A DNA stretch of 63,192 nucleotides, counting the filler, from Chiloscyllium plagiosum (taxonomy: Eukaryota), in NCBI RefSeq assembly GCF_004010195.1. It is 4 parts of one record of this genome, joined end to end, with 100 filler letters (N's around TTAATTAATTAA, not from the genome) between each part and the next. Parts side by side here need not be neighbours in the genome. Positions count along the whole stretch, not along the records: positions 1 to 26,185 come from NC_057712.1; positions 26,286 to 52,191 come from NC_057712.1; 2 more parts are not named here. One strand, 5' to 3'. Shown piece after piece: positions 12,856 through 26,959 of the stretch. The translations under genes and the position numbers were made by a program. Within the stretch, counting starts at the first letter, position 1. Each line of letters begins with the position of its first letter. Under the pieces are notes generated by a model. The model did no database searches, was not told where the DNA came from, and saw only the letters and a list, made by a program, of their open reading frames with translations.

Positions 12856-13979
12856 TTAAGATTGGTTCCTGGTCATTCCAATACAATGTTAAAATTCTTG
12901 TTTTTGTGTTAAAATCAATCCACTGTTTGTGTCTCTAATTACATCTGTCACTTTCTCCATTACTGCAAACTCTACTTCCTATATTCATGCACTTCATTTT
13001 AACACCAATCCCTATTTTGCAGCCTTTCATACCAACATTAATGGCTGCCCATTAACCTAACAAAAACCTACACTCTACACTTTGTGTCCTAACTCCCATG
13101 CTAAAAACACTGTGGATGTACCTGAATCTGTAGTAATGAATCCAGAGTCATGATTCAGTTGGAACTCAGCTTTAGTCTGAAAGTTGCAGAACAGCACATT
13201 AAAAACATGTAACTAAAAGGTCCGTGAATGTCTGGACTGTGTTGCTAATTGTGGCTTCCTTATTTAAAGAAATTTGTTTGGTTTTCTTCATGAGATATTA
13301 ACATAGTTAATTAAGTTAACATTGTAAATGTGAAAACCTAGTTTTTATGTTCACAGTCACAAAGGAAAAGACATCATGACTTCATTTACATACAGATGTC
13401 AACCCTTCATAAAGAACTGAAGCACTGTTTATAACAACACCAGGCTCACATTAGCTGACATTTGAATTAAGTTGACTTAAGTATGCAAATCTGGTTTTAT
13501 ATAACCTTAAAGTTTCAAAGACTTGATTACATTTTGTTTTTGATGGGCTATGGCATGACAAGGTGTGCAAGAATTGAAGCAAACATGGAGATATTAGAAA
13601 TGAAGGCTACCACCTTGGACTCGCAGGAGGTTCCGCAAGGAGAAATAGGACGTAAACAGATGAAAAGAATGAGGGAGAATATTTTTCTTTTCATTCTTTC
13701 ATAGGATGTGGCAACATTTATTGTCTAGCTCTTGTCTGTAAATAGTTCACATCAACATACAGCAAATTCGAGGCAACATTCAGGTTGAAAAAGATATAGC
13801 AAGTGACATACAAATATAAGTGAATGATTATACAAACATCAGGCAATAACCATCTTGAACATGCAACAATTTAACCCTCTTCTCTTGTTATGCAATGATA
13901 CTTCCATCTCTGAATTCCCCATTAACAACATCCTGAGGGTTACCACTAATCAGAAACTGAACTGGACCAGCTGTAGGAC

Positions 13980-14975
13980 CATAACACCATATGACATAGA
14001 AGCAGAGTAGGCTATTCAGCCCATCAAGCCTGTGAGGACATTCAATAAGATCGTGGGTGATCTGAATCTTCAACTCCATTTTCCTGTCTTTCTCCATAAC
14101 CTCAATTCCTTTACCAATTAATATTCTGTCTGTCTCAGCCTTGAATATACTTAATGACACAAACTTAACAACCATCAGTGGTAAAGAATTCTACTGATTC
14201 AGAATCCTGAGAAATTCTGTCACATATCTGTCTTAAATTGGCAACTCCTTATCATGAGATTAAATCTCTTGTTCTAGATTCCCCTGTAAGTAAAACAGCC
14301 TATCCCTAATTGCTTAATACCCAGTGGACTTTAATGCTGGCTTTTAATGATTTATGCAGGAGGACTCCCAAATCCCTTTGTGCTGCATCTTTCTGCAGTC
14401 TTTTGCCATTTAAATAATATTCAGTCCCTCTATTCCTCCTGCCAAAATCCATAAACACTCATTTTCACACATTATATACCATATGTCAAGTTTTTGCCCT
14501 TTCCCTTTATCTGTCTATATTCCTCTGCAGACTCTTTCTTTCATCTTCACCAGTGGTCTTTGATATGTTGTTTATATCATTCGAAACTTAGCTATAGTAC
14601 ATTGACTTCCTTAAGTCTAAAATATAAATTATAAATAGTTATGAACCAAGAACTGATCCCTAGTTACAGACTGCCATCCTAAAAATGCTCCTCCTTCTCC
14701 CAATGCTCAGTCTTCTGTTTGTTAGCCAATCATTTATCTGTTCTAATATATCACCACCAACACAATGAGTTCTTCCTTTATTAAATTTACTAATGTGTGG
14801 CACTTAGCAAATGCCTTAAGAAAACTCAAATATATTAGATCCACCACTTTCCCTTTATTTATCCTGCTTGTTAGCTTCTCAAAAAATTCTAGTAATTATG
14901 TCAGCCATGACTTCCTCTTCATGATGCCAAGATTATTCTACTTGAATACATTACATATCTCTAAATGTCTATTCT
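13980..14975 (-). mobile_element. Old CR1 LINE fragment
   Basis: ORF 13888-14175 has SLSIFKAETDRILIGKGI, a CR1 ORF2 C-terminus; decayed RT sequence follows. Confidence 0.6.
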
Positions 14976-15169
14976 AAAACTTACCCTCTCACTCACCTGC
15001 TTTTTCTCCCAGCTATTTCACATGCTCAGTTTCACTCAGTAGCTGTATTTGTAACTTGCGCATTTTACTGAAATACTGCACCTTTTACTGTAAAAAATGG
15101 CTTTGACCTGTAACACTGACCCTACACTGAATGGATTTCGAGCTGATATCTATGAAGGCCAGATTTCAG

Positions 15170-15625
15170 AGAGTCCATAGAGTCATAGAGATTGCAGCAC
15201 TGAAACAGACCCTTCAGTTCAACTCATGCATACCAACCAGATATCCTCAACTAATCTTGTCCCATTTGCCAGCACTGGACCCATATCCCTCTAAACTCTT
15301 CCTGTTCATATTCTCATGAAGATGCCTTTTAAATGTTGTAATTGTACAAGCCTCCACCACCCTCTGTGTGAAAACATTGCTCCTAAAATTCCTCTTAAAT
15401 TTTCCCCTCTCACCCTTAACCTATGCCCTCTGGTTTTGGACTCTCCCACTCCAGGGAAATGACCCTATTTATCCTATCCATGCCTGTCATGATTTTATAA
15501 ACCTCTGTAATGTCTTCCCTCAATCACCGACGGTCCAGGAAGAAACAGCTCCAGCTTATTAAACTTCGCCCTATAGCTCATGCAGTGGAATCCTGGCAAC
15601 ATTTTTGTAAATTATTTCTAAACCA
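15170..15625 (-). mobile_element. CR1/HER1 LINE 3' fragment
   Basis: CATAGAGTCATAGAG tail and the same 3' sequence as 10486-11160. Confidence 0.8.
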
Positions 15626-16053
15626 GACTTGGAATTCTGGCCATTAAAACATAGACAGGTAAGTGGGTAATTTTTACTGGGATAGGTTGCATCTTTTCTG
15701 ATGGTGATCAGAAGATATGGGCCAGTGTAATTTCTGCATTACATAAAAACAGCAAATGCATTTCCAAAAAGCATTTCAATGTCTGTGAATCTCTTTGGGA
15801 AATGTTTGCAATTGTAGTTTTTTTCTGTTTTTGTACTGGTGTGGAGAAGTTATATAAAAGCTCATATGCAGCTCTCTATATTTCCTTCATAAGACCAAAG
15901 ACATTGGCGCAGAAATTAGGCCATTCAGACCATCAAGTCTTCTCTGTCTGATAGGTTTTCAATCCCATTTTCCCACTTGCTACCTATAGCCTTTGATCCC
16001 TTTAGCTATCCAAGAACTTATTTATTTCTGTTTTAAATATTCTCAATGACCTA

Positions 16054-16276
16054 GGCGAAAGTGAGGACTGCAGATGCTGGAGATTAGAGTCGAGAGTATG
16101 GTGCTGGAAAAGCACCGCAGGTTAAGCAGCATCTGAGGAACAAGAAAATTGATGTTTCGGAGAAACATTCTTCATCAGAAATATGATGAATCCTGATCAA
16201 GGGCTTTTGCCCGAAACATCAATTGTCCTGCTCCTTGGATGCTGTCTGACCTTCTGTGCTTTTCCAGCACCATACA
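16054..16276. mobile_element. Inverted PLE pLTR pair nested in CR1 debris
   Basis: GTGAGGACTGCAGATGCTGG..GGTGCTGGAAAAGCAC is followed by CCTGATCAAGGGCTTTTGCCCGAAAC..GTGCTTTTCCAGCACCA; AATGACCTAG and AATAACCTAG flank it like a target duplication. Confidence 0.7.
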
Positions 16277-16499
16277 CAATAACCTAGACAACACAGCCTT
16301 CTGTGGCAATTAATTCCACAGATTCACCATTCTCTGGCTAAAGACGTTTCTCTGTATCACTGTTCTATAGACTCTTCACTTTACTCGAAAGCTGTGCCCT
16401 CACGTCCTTGTTTCTTCTGCCAATGGAAACATCTTCCACTCTGTTCAGACTGTTCAGTATTCAGTAAGTTTCAATCAGATCCCTCCCAACCTTGCGAAG

Positions 16500-17150
16500 A
16501 AAGTTCATAAATCTGAAGTGCAAAGGGACTTGGGAGTCCTAGTCCAGGTTTCTCTTAAGGTAAACTTGCAGGTTGAATCAATAGTTAGGAAGGCAATTGC
16601 AATGTTGCCATTCGTCTTCAGAAGACTTGAATATAAAAGCAGGGATGTACTTCTGAGGCTTTATAACGTTCTGGTCAGACCACATTTAGAGTATTGTGAA
16701 AATAGTCCATGCCTCAATTCTTCCTACCATGTTTCATGATCTCACACATTCCTACTTCTTTATTCACTTTCCTAAGCTTTCTGCAGCCTCCCCATCTCCT
16801 CAACATAATTTACTCTTCATCTATCTTTGTATCATCTGCAAACTTTATCACACTGCCCTCAGTTCCTTCATCATTAATGCATAAAGTGAAAAGTCGTGGC
16901 CCCAACACTGATCTTTGTGGAACACTACCAGTCACTGGCTTCTATCATGAGAAGGACCCTTTTATCCCCACTCTCTGCCTTCTGCCAGTCAGCCAATCTT
17001 CTACCCATGCTAGTACCTTACCTCTAATATCTTGGACCCTTATCTTACTCAACAGCCTCCTTGTGGCAACTTATCAAAGGCTTTCTGGAAGTCTAGATAG
17101 ATCACAGCATCCATTGGCTGTCTATGGTCTAACCTGATTGTTACCTCCTC
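16500..17150. mobile_element. CR1 RT fragments in opposite orientations (+ 16500-16700; - 16705-17150)
   Basis: ORF 16518-16739 is QRDLGVLV...LYNVLVRPHLEYC; the minus-strand part corresponds to the [15 protein letters not shown] region. Confidence 0.75.
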
Positions 17151-19974
17151 CAAGAGTCATTGATGAAGATTTCTCTGTCTGTCAAGTGCAGGTTTTTGAG
17201 CATATTCACTGAGTTTCTAACAGTCCCACTCCCACCTTCAAGGATGGAGTTGTTCGTCTTTCTACTCCCCAAAATCCTCAAAGGTCTATTCCAGCTTACA
17301 GAAGATAATTGCTGTTAACTTCCACTGAAATTAAGCCAATCTGTAAAGCTGCTGCATTCAAATTGAGGCATTCAAATCTTGCTCACTTCAAGGATAGTGA
17401 TCTTCCAAATAAAGCAATGCTAATCAATAAACAGGGTATGTCCATTGAAAATTCTAAAATTGAGTTCAAGAGATTTCTGGTTGGTTCAGAATGTTAAGCA
17501 GTGTGGAATCAAGGCAGACAAAACTTAGATGAGTGAGCCCAATTGCAGAACTCTCAGAAAACCTGATATAGGTGTGGTCTCCTTCTGTCTTCTACCATTC
17601 TATGACTGTCAAGAAAATAATAATGCAAGCCAGCAATGGACAGCCTCGAGGGACTAAAGGGCCTTTTGTTCTCTGTAGATTTTTTAGATGCATTATAAAG
17701 TGCAAACTGGGTTCTGATTTAGCAGCATTTCAGTCAACTTTTTAAATGAGTGGAGAATACCTTTGTGTAGCCTTCCAATTGTCACTTTAAACTATCCTCC
17801 GGGTTTGTATGAGATAAAGACAGAGTTCCTGAGTAGATGGATTTGGGGGACAGGGTAAAATCTATGAAAAATGTGCACCAATTTCCCCACTCTACCACTG
17901 ACAGTATTTTCTTTTTTATTTGTAACATGGGTAATAGTAGGCAAAGTAAGACAGAAGGTTATCTAGTTTATCTTCAATCATTATAGATATCACATGCTAA
18001 AATCATAGCAAACTTTTTGACTAATTATAGCAAACAGTTTCTGTCAATGAATTTACAACAGATACAAGATAAGGAAAACCCATAGTAGTAGACAGCTTTG
18101 GGATCCATGAGTCCAAACTAATTGGTTCCTCTCAAATATGTTCTGATGCTCCATCTTAATTGTTTATAATTTGTTCATAACAATGCTTTTTCCCTGAATA
18201 AAATCTGTCCAATTTGCATTTGAATGGTTCAATATAAATTGCAACTATCTTCTGCTTAGGAACGTTGTTCTATAGATTAATCAATTGTTTACTAAAATAT
18301 TACTTTGTAGACAATGGGAAAGATAAGCGAGTGAGGTGTAAAACAGTGGCAGATTCACTATCATCTTTTTTTTGCACGAGCGTAAGAATTCAACGGTCTC
18401 ATTCCTGAATATGAAACGTGACATCTTGTCTACTTTAAGCACGTTTTATCAGCCTTAGTATGTTTAACAAAAACAGAAAATTATTTATCAAATGACTTTG
18501 GACAATGTTGAAATTACTTTTTTGAAGAAAAAGAAGTATAGACAAAATCTGATGCATGAGAAATCCATGCATACTACCAGCAAGCTGAAGCTGTTCACAG
18601 CCATATTCATGCAAAGAACAATGATATTGTATGTTTCTTTAGTAACTGGCAGGAACCCAATGTCCTCATCATTAAGCAGAGATTTCATTTATGTAGTGGT
18701 TCAACACTCATTGCCCTGCAGGGCTTGAGTGTCTGTATTTGTTTCAAATATGTGCTGGCACATATCAGGAATAGTTTATTGATGGAGGCCTGAGCTGTTT
18801 TTCAGGACTTGACCTAGTGCTGCACAACCATATCCTGCTGCGTTGCCACATATTAGCTGCTCAAAGGCTTTCTCTCCTTCAACTCATGTTACTAGTCTGA
18901 CATTGATGGGCATGTAATCAGTGGTGGTTTAATAGAGAAGGGTGTTGAATGGAACTCAGTTGCATGCAGACATATACAGACCATTATTGATTCAGTGCTA
19001 GCATTGATTTATAAAATCAACGACAGTTTTTTTTTAGTGCCCATAGAAAATTGAAAAACATGCAATAACTAAGAATAGTGCAGGGCATATGCAGGAAATC
19101 ACCAAAATTTAATTCCCAATATTTTGAAAAATAAACCAGAAACATGATCCATGATCTAGTTAAAGGTGACATTGTTATGATAGGGATTATTAGAGGATGA
19201 CCACATGTTGATTCCACTCCTTTGAGATGCTAAACTGTTCTCCCCAAAAGTCCATCGCAGATGGTGCCTATGATGTGCCTTTTTTAGTCACTTATATAAG
19301 AGGCTGAGCTGTAATTTTTCCAGTTAAATGTTAGGAAGGCAGAAAATATTGTCTTCTGATTGATCCATGTATTTTATTCCATTCCTGGCTTTTACTTCAC
19401 TATTGATGGTGTGGCTTCAGCAGTCTGAGCCCAAATTCCTCGAATTATTAGAAGAAATCTCTCTCTGTTTCCTTTTCTGACATTTAAAATTTAAAATGTA
19501 CTGCTTACTTTGTTACCTATGGTGTTGCCACATTCTTTGATTCCTTGTTCTAAATGCTACTGTTGAAGCAGCACTTTATAAATGCAAACTATTGGAAGTC
19601 ATGCAATTGGTTTGGCATTTGAGTAGGACCCATGGTTTATATAATTCAAGATGAGAAAGGAAATACAGGGAGAGGTTTCTTTCTGAAGTCAACATTTTAA
19701 AACAATACAAAGGACAGGAGTAGACCTTTCAACCCCTCAAGCCCACTATGTTGTCTTCCAATAAAATCTTGGCAGATCTACACTTTGACTCCTTCTGCGA
19801 TCTGTGTTCCAAATCCCTGAATTAGCAAAAAATGGGTCTGTTTCATTAATTGAGCTGACATCATTGTTGTCAGGGATAGTATCTCATTTTTACCAACCAA
19901 TTAATTATTCTCAATATGCATAAAACATTAATCAATCCTTCTTTAAAACTTCCATATTCCTTCACTGAGGTTTA

Positions 19975-22900
19975 AATTTAAGAGCTGGGTGGAAGTTGTA
20001 GGTGAAGTCAATGAACTGCTCCAGTACAGTCTGGGTGAAGGATGCTATGCCGATGCAGTCATAGCAAAAGAGTTGGGGCATAGAGCCTGTGTAGGTATTG
20101 AAAAGGGACTGTTTGACAGAGCCGACAAAGAGGCTGGCGTAGCTAGGGCCCTTCCGAGTGCCCATTGCCACCCCCTGGATTTGGAAAAAATGGGAAGAGT
20201 CAAATGAAAATTTATTAAGGGTGAGAACTAGTCCAGCAAGGTAGAGGAGGGTTATTGGAGGAGGGGTAATGGATGGGTCTGTTGGAGAGGAAGAACCTGA
20301 GGGCCTGAACGCCATCCTTGTGGGGTATGGGCATGTATAATGACTGCATATCTATAATGAAGGTAAAGTGCTAGAGCCCGGAGAACTGGAAGTTACTAAA
20401 CAGATGGAGGACATGATTAGGATTGTTGATTAGGTTGTGGGAAGTATCTGAAGCAAGGGGGAAGGACGGAGTTGAGATAGAATGAGATGGCTTTGGTGGG
20501 GCAAGAGCATGTGGAGATGATGGGTCAACAAAACGGCCTCATCATTTGGCATGTGTTTCAGTGGGCCTTTGGTGAAAACCCCACCCCTGAGCTTTGCCGC
20601 ATATTCACCATCTCCTCCAGCCTCAAACTCTGAGGCCGAATTCTCCATCCTCAAGAAAGGGCTCATGTTTGTGTCCCTCCACTCCCACCTCAACGAATTC
20701 TGTAGCCGCCACGACATGGACCTCTTCTTCCTCCGCCTCCACCTCCGTGCCTTCTTCTTCAACAAAACTCCCAATCTCCTTCCGAGGACCTCTTCTCCTG
20801 CACTTGGTAAACCCCACCACCACCGCTGGCCTTGTACCAGCTATAGACCTCTTCATTGCAGACTGCCAATGTGACATCGGCCGCCTCAATTTCTCCACCC
20901 CGTTACCCACTCCAACTTCGACCCCTCTGAACGTGCAGCACTTCACTCTCTCTGCACCAAGTCCCGATTCACCATCAAACCCACTGACAAAGACAGGGCA
21001 GTGGTAGTCTGAAGGATGGACCTCTATGTCGCAGAGGCCGAACACCAGCTCTGCCACACCACATCCAACCACCCCCTTTACCTGACCCCACTGTGACCCA
21101 TCACGCCAAAATCACTCAGACTGTCTGTGACCTCATTGTCTCTGGTGATCTCCCCTCCACTGCCTCCAATCTCATGGACTCCCAGCATCACGCTGCCCGG
21201 TTCTATTGCCTGACTAAGATCCGCAAGCCCAACTATCCAGCCAACCCATCATCTCCACATGCTCTTGCCCCACCAAAGCCATCTCATTCTATCTCAACTC
21301 CGTCCTTCCCCCTTGCTTCAGATACTTCCCACCGACATCCACAACCCTAATCATGTCCTCCACCTGTTTAGTAACTTCCAGTTCTCCGGGCTCTAGCACT
21401 TTACCTTCATTATAGATATGCAGTCATTATACACACCCATACCCCACAAGGATGGCCTTCAGGCCCTCAGGTTCTTCCTCTCCAATAGACCCATCCAGTA
21501 CCCCTCCACCAATAACCCTCCTCTGCCTTGCTGGACTGGTTCTCACCCTTAATAAATTTTCATTTGACTCTTCCCATTTTTTCCAAATCCAGGGGGTGGC
21601 AATGGGCACTCGGAAGGGCCCTAGCTACGCCAGCCTCTTTGTCGGCTCTGCCAAACAGTCCCTCTTCAATACCTACACAGGCTCCATGCCCCAACTCTTC
21701 TGCTATGACTGCATCGGCATAGCATCCTTCACCCAGACTGTACTGGAGCAGTTCATCGACTTCACCTCCAACTTCCACCCAGCTCTTAAATTCATGTGGT
21801 CCATCTTGGACACCGCCCTCCCCTTTCTTGACCTCTCCATTTCCATCTCCGGCAACAGTCTCCAGACTGATGTTTACTATAAATCCACAAATTCCAATAA
21901 CTACCTGGACTACACAACCTTCCACTCAATATCCTGTAGGAACTTCATCCCGTAATCCCAATTGCTCCACCTCTGGCGCATCTGCTTGGATGAAGAGACA
22001 TCCAATTCCAAGCATCCCAGATGTCCACCTATTTTAAGCAAAGTGCTTTTCACCCTCTGTCACCCAGCCAGCCCTCCACCGCGCCATCTCCATTCCCCGC
22101 TCCACTGCTCTTAACCCTCCCCCCTCTGAATGCAATAAAGACAGGGTCCCCCTTGTCCTGCTTTTAGTGACTGACAGAATGTGCACCATTCCCATGAACA
22201 AAACCTGTGTACAAAACACCTGATCCCACCAGTCTCTGCATCCATCGTATCATCCTTAAACACTTCCACCAACTCCAATTAGACTCCACCATCAAGAACA
22301 TGTTCCCCTCCCCATCCCACTCTGCCTTCCGCAAGGGCCGCTCCCTTCATCAATCATTGGTTCCAGCCGTTTTCCCCACCAACCCCCTCCGAACCCCTTA
22401 GAACCTACCTCTGCAATCGTAAAAGATGCAAAACCTGCTGGAACAGCGACTCCCTCACCTCCATCCAGGGCCCCAAACAGTCCTTCCAGGTGAGACAGAT
22501 GTTCACCTGCCTCCCTTCCAACCTAGTTTACTGTATCTGGTGCTTCCGACATGCTCTTTTCTACACCAGGGAGATTAAACTTAAACTCAGGGCAGGTTTT
22601 GCCGAGCATCACAGCCAGGTCTGCAGGGGCCAACCTGACCTCCCAGTCACTACCCATTTTAATTTCCCTTCCCATTCCCTTTCCAACATGACCAACGTTG
22701 GCCTCCTCCATTGTACAGCAAATCAGACTGCAAATTGGAGGAACAACACCTTATTTTCCACCTGGGCAGCCTACAGTCTGGAGGAGTCAACACTGAGTTT
22801 CCCAATTTCAAATAGCCTCCTATCCAATCACCTGACTCCCTACTCAGCCCTCCCCCTCCCATTCATCCCTCTGATTGTCCCTTCATTCCAGCTACCAACC

Positions 22901-23120
22901 AGATTCATTCCTCCCATCGACCAACTAGGTCGTACCCACTATCCCTAGTGTTCACCTATCCCTACCTCACCACTCCACTCCCCCCTTCATCTGCAGCTCC
23001 CCTTACACCCACCCAAAGTCCTGAAGAAGGGTTACACCTGAAACATTAACTTCTCCACCTCCTGCTCTGCCTGGTTTGCTGTGTATTCCAGCACCTGCAG
23101 TTTTTTTTGTCTCTAACCTT
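19975..23120 (+). mobile_element. Large degenerate Penelope-like retroelement (RT + GIY-YIG) preceded by an inverted copy of an internal RT segment
   Basis: LKKGL.F.., KP.DK...VVV, ARFYCLTKIRKP, QIQGVAMGTRKGPSYASLFVG, LPFLDLSI, TDVYYK.T, FTC..SNLVYCI.C; pLTR tail CTGAAGAAGGG..GAAAC at ~23021-23044. Confidence 0.9.
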
Positions 23121-23829
23121 TGTTGAAAGGGGCAATGTAAGTCTTGTTGGTTGTACAACCAACTGTGAGACCCTCTGACATTTCAATAAGATTATGTACC
23201 TAATTTCACTCCAGTAAGGCCTGGCACTAACCTGTGATCCCTAGTGCTAGATTGCCCAATGAACAGAAAAATAGGCCACCCCAATGAAAATTCCAATCAG
23301 TGACAGCTGCCCTGGCAGCAGGTTCAGGTCTCAAAAGGGATTACACTCAGTGACTGTCTTGCTTTTTCTCCCAGTTATATTCATTGTGAAGCTCCCAAGT
23401 TTGGACTTGGATAAATTAAATTCTTCAAAGACCAAAAGCTAACATGCTTCATGCTTCCACAGTAGTGGCCCCTGATGTCAGGGAATATCAGAATTCATCC
23501 AGAATAAAACTGTTAACTATACTGGCTAGTTAATCAGGAACCTGCTTAGTTGGATGTCATTTTTTAAATGCTCCCAAGAAAACAGTCTCAACCAACAAAA
23601 ACAATTCACATTTATACAGTGTTCCTAAAGTCACAAAGTATTTCAAGAATAAGTAGATAAAAGCAGACACTGATTAAAGTGTCTGAAGCAATGGAGATGT
23701 AGTGTTACAGTTGTGTTACTGGACTAGTAAAATAGAATAGGATAGAAAAGAATGGATGTGTATGAGTTGCTAAGGTTCAGTGTCATCTTAATTACAGAAA
23801 TTATAAAAATAAATAATTGAGACAAATTA

Positions 23830-23945
23830 TTATAAACCTTATAAGGTCACTCCTCAGCCTCCGATGCTACAGGGAAAACAGCCTCAGCCTGTTCAGCCTC
23901 TCCCTATAGCTCAAATCCTCCAACCCTGGCAACATCCTTGTAAAT
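23830..23945 (-). mobile_element. Short CR1 fragment
   Basis: RFTRMLPGLEDLSYRERLNRLRLFSL in ORF 23867-24049. Confidence 0.8.
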
Positions 23946-24369
23946 CGCTTTCTGGAGTGGCTAAGGAATGCCTCCCCCAAAGCCATGCCTAGGCTGCCAA
24001 AGCAAGGATTTCTGCACTGGATTCTCCACACTGCCACGGCCGAAGTCACACATCACTGCCATAGCAAGGTGGGACAGACTGGACCCAACAAGTTATTGAC
24101 ATTGAAGCTGCCATTCGAGCCATCACCAATTCAGTCGCCACCCAGTCACCACATTGCCACCATAGCCACAAGGAACAAACCGGAACAACCATGCCGCCAC
24201 TACTATAGCCTCTGCTGATACTGCCACACCGTCACTAGGAGAAATGGACCAGACTCATTAATGATGACATCTTACATAAAGCCATGGCCACTATGGCCAT
24301 GAAGAACATATATCTAGATCCACCATCACAACCACCTTCCTCTACCGCAGCCACAGAAAAGAAGAAACA

Positions 24370-24715
24370 GTAGTAATAATAATCCAGATGTCCAAAATAA
24401 TGCTCTATGAACATGGATTCAAATCCCATCATGGCAGCTGGTGGAATATAATTCGATAAATAAAATCTGGAATGCAAAGGTAGTCACAATATTCGTGACC
24501 ATAACTACAGTTATTGATTGTAAAATTCCATCTATTCCATTCATGCCCTTTAGGGAGGAAAATTTGCCATTCTTACTTGGCCTTGACGGCATGCGACTCC
24601 AGACCAACAACAATGCAGTTAAATCTGAAATGGTCTAGCAAGCCACTCAGTTCAAGGGCAATGAAGGATAGGAAACACTTGCTGGTCTTGTCAGTGACCC
24701 TGACATCCCATGCAA
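24370..24715 (+). mobile_element. Old tRNA-derived SINE body (probable head at 23695-23730, separated by insertions)
   Basis: B-box-like GGATTCAAATCCC and core CCTTTAGGGAGGAAAATTTGCCATTCTTAC..GACTCCAGACC. Confidence 0.5.
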
Positions 24716-24974
24716 TAAAGGAAAGCCGGTTTTAAGGGAGGTCGTTGAGGAAGAGGAGAGTTAGAGAGGTAGGAAAGTTTAGAGATGAATATCTGGAGAG
24801 TAGACCAAAATGGCTGACATCCAGTTGGGAAGTAAAGAAGCATAAAAGAAGAGTTCAAGAAATAGTGAATTCTTGGAATGTTCTTCAGAATGGAAGAATC
24901 CACATGTTCTAATATAAGTTGAATATACTTACTCAGACCAGATTTTTAGGGTATTTTTAAACAGTGACTATTAA

Positions 24975-25092
24975 TAGGATATGGGCCGGGTGCTGACAGG
25001 TGGGAGTAGATTGGGTTGGGATATCTGGTCGGCATGGACATGTTAGACCAAAGGGTTTGTTTCCATGTTGTACATCTCTTTGACTCGATGAC
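24975..25092 (+). mobile_element. CR1/HER1 3' UTR fragment
   Basis: GGATATGGGCC..GGTGGGA.TAGATTGGGTTGGGATATCTGGTCGGCATGGAC..TGTACATCTCT.TGACTC.ATGAC. Confidence 0.75.
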
Positions 25093-25457
25093 TACATAAA
25101 CACCTCTACCAGCTGGTTAGGCTCCATAGCACCATGTTCCAAGATGCACAGATTCCAACCTGTCAGTAAATTACCAACACATGACTACTGAGGTCACAGT
25201 TACACAACATCTTACATTTGAGGCATTTCTACACATTTAAATTCTACCTCAACAGATGGAGCAAGGTCAAAGTCTGAAGGGGCTAAGAATGAGAATTTTA
25301 AATTGGAGATAGTGGTGAGGGGTTGTTGAGGGTTGGGAGATAGTAGTGGTGGAATCAGTAAGAACCAAGAAATGAAATGTTTAGGGTTAAGTAGGAAAGA
25401 GCGGCAGATGTGTTGAATAAATCATGGGACATGTGTCTTCATCTGCACTGTGTAATG

Positions 25458-26185
25458 ATAGACAATAGACAATAGGTGCAGGAGTAGGCCATTCAGCCCT
25501 TCGAGCCTGCACCGCCATTCAATATGATCATGACTGATCATTCCTAATCAGTATCCTCTTCCTGCCTTATCTCCATAACCCTTGATTCCACGATCTTTGA
25601 GAGCTCTATCCAACTCTTTCTTAAATGAATCCAGAGACTGGGCCTCCACTGCCCTCTGGAGCAGAGCATTCCACATAGCCACCACTCTCTGGGTGAAAAG
25701 GTTTCTCCTCATCTCTGTTCTAAATGGTCTACCCCGTATTATTAAGCTGTGTCCTCTGGTTCGGCACTCACCCATCAGCGGAAACATGTTTCCTGCCGTC
25801 AGAGTGTCCAATCCTTTAATAATCTTATGGGTCTCAATCAGATCCCCTCTCAGTCTTCTAAACTCAAGGGTATACAAGCCCAGTCGCTTCAGTCTTTCAG
25901 TGTAAGGTAATCCCGCCATTCCAGGAATTGACCTCGTGAACCTACGCTGCACTCCCTCAATAGCCAGAATGTCTTTCCTCAAATTTGGAGACCAGAACTG
26001 CACACAATACTCCAGATGTGGTCTCACCAGGGCCCTGTACAGCTGCAGAAACACCTCTTTGCTTCTATACTCAATTCCTCTTGTTATGAAGGCCAGCAAG
26101 CTATTAGCCTTCTTCACTACCTGCATGCTTACCTTCATTGACTGGTGTACAAGAACACCCAGATCACTCTGTACTGCCCCTTTAC
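25458..26185 (-). mobile_element. Young CR1 LINE 3' end, truncated by an assembly gap
   Basis: Open 196-aa ORF 25548-26138 (LYRALVRPHLEYCVQFWSP..RRLRGDLIE..FKKELDRAL); tandem AGACAAT tail. Confidence 0.92.
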
Positions 26186-26285
26186 NNNNNNNNNNNNNNN
26201 NNNNNNNNNNNNNNNNNNNNNNNNNNNNNTTAATTAATTAANNNNNNNNNNNNNNNNNNNNNNNNNNNNNNNNNNNNNNNNNNNN
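26186..26285. other. Assembly gap with TTAATTAATTAA filler
   Basis: 100-nt N run with a central six-frame-stop linker. Confidence 0.95.
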
Positions 26286-26959
26286 TATTGTCGTTTATTG
26301 TCAATGTGCTACTGTGACTGAAGGACTATCCTTGGACCGACGACTTTAGGTACGAGACCCCAACGGATTGACCCCCCCGTTTAAAAACCGACCAAACAAG
26401 CCTTCCTGGTTGACCTCTGCAGTGGGAGTTAGGGGACCCCATTGTACGTTGAGCCCGGTTTTAGCGCCTTCCTTGCGTACGCGGTAGAGGCAGGGAGGTC
26501 TACACGCGCTATAAGAAGGGAAGTCCTCCAAACCAGCCCGAGACGCGGGGCCTTTGGGCCAACCGGCGGTTATACACTCTGCCCATTGACCTCGCGGTCC
26601 CGAGGTATTGGCCTCTGTAGGATCAGGCGCGACTAGGTCTGATTTCACGCCCCCCCTCCTTGCATTCGGGCCCCTGGTTCACGCCCAGTATTTGTGGGGT
26701 ACACACGGCCGCTGAACGTCAGGCAGTGAGAGAGAGACTCACGGAAACCCGGGGTCACGTGCTCAGTAATCGACACGTGCCCCGTCTGTAACTATTCCCC
26801 CCCTCTGCCCAGGTTGATCCGCGGGGCTAGGGTTCAACTTAAAGGGTGTGGACTCCCCGACTGGGAGATTAATAAGTCAGTGCCAGCGACATCCCTAGCA
26901 CGCCTGCTAGCTTTACTTTAAATTAGCTTCTGTTAAGTTACACCCGCTGCGCCCCTACC

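Noticed and set aside
26186..26285. TTAATTAATTAA palindrome inside N runs (also at 52192-52291 and 61368-61467)
   Set aside because: Identical in all three gaps, so it is an artificial scaffold linker with stops in six frames. It also means adjacency of the ERV to the upstream CR1 is unproven and no target duplication can be called.
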